This document shows, piece after piece, positions 63,311-64,000 of a DNA stretch of 64,000 nt. Position 1 is the stretch's first letter; each line of letters begins with the position of its first letter. This stretch comes from Mobula hypostoma (Eukaryota): contig NC_086122.1 of the NCBI RefSeq assembly GCF_963921235.1, positions 26,970,001 through 27,034,000 on the forward strand, given 5' to 3'. The notes below the pieces were generated by a model. It had not been told where the DNA came from and ran no database searches. It worked only from the letters and a program-made list of their open reading frames with translations. The position numbers were made by a program, and so were the translations under genes.

Positions 63311-64000
63311 CCTGTGCAGCAGCCCCCCAATACCAGCCAGTGATGTGGCTAGAATGCTACCTATGGTACATCTATAGAAATTTGCAAGTGTATTTGGTGA
63401 CATACCAAATCTCTTCACACTCCTAATGAAATATAGCCACTGTCTCGCCTGCTTTATAGCACCAATATGTTGATCCAGGGATCCAGTGAGTGGTGGGATT
63501 GGTGAATGGCTGTTTGTCTCAGAGGTCAATGACCATCCCAGAGCGGGCTTGATGGAGTCACTTTATCCTTCAGGTGAGGAGCAATTGCTGTGGGCTGGGG
63601 AGACCAGCCCCCAAGCTGAAGTAAGGATCATGCCTTCCCCGCCCAGAGATTGAAACAGAGTCAACCCACCTTCTGGGTCATCTGCGCTCACTCTGCAGTT
63701 CTCACTGGGGAATAATAGCTGACAGATGAGAAAGGGCAGTAGCTGGTTCAACAGGGCCACACCATTGTTCATGCTATTAAATGTTCTTTAAAATATGTTA
63801 ATATAGTTGAAAATGTTTTCTCTCCCACAAATGAATACACGTACATGGAGTATTACCATTCTGTCATTATCAGTGGATCACAATGTGGAAGATGCTTCAT
63901 CCAATCTCAAAAAGGGATCTCAACTTCACCTTCTTATGGGTAATAAATGATAGTTTTCCCAGAGAAGCACATTTGTTCGTTCATTATGTGCCATGTCGTA

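Larger units (their letters stand above)
60903..63480 (-). mobile_element. Rex1/Babar 3' fragment split by a Tigger plus CR1 insert
   Basis: Pieces 60903-61256 and ~63308-63480 (ARQWLYFIRSVKRFGMS...ANFYRCTI.SIL) are collinear with 37075-37340. Confidence 0.7.

Overview
Vertebrate genomic DNA, very likely from a cartilaginous fish (ray-like). This is inferred from the repeat complement: HE1-type V-SINEs, a Deu-domain SINE relic, and abundant CR1, Rex1/Babar, RTE and Penelope remnants. I recognise no intact host protein-coding exon, tRNA, rRNA or CRISPR array. Every recognisable ORF in the track is a decayed retroelement or DNA-transposon fragment, so the window is most likely an intergenic region or long intron, with a 132-bp assembly gap at 26203-26334. 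The most interesting signal is RNA-structural. (1) About a dozen copies of a Penelope-like pseudo-LTR carry a minimal type-I hammerhead ribozyme motif (stem I-CUGANGA-A-stem II-GAAACGUC-stem I'). Several copies form short fold-back (inverted) non-autonomous elements flanked by 13-15 bp target-site duplications, and two are still attached to the GIY-YIG C-terminus. (2) A ~290-bp non-autonomous RTE-derived element, split by a 3-kb CR1, begins with a twister-ribozyme-like motif (CUCC..GUCCCAAGCC..GGUG-GAGGG). Also present are many nested MITEs (mariner, Tigger, hAT, piggyBac), putative solo LTRs and a locally duplicated unit with an invariant 49-bp core. Boundaries of degenerate repeats are approximate and family names were assigned by eye.
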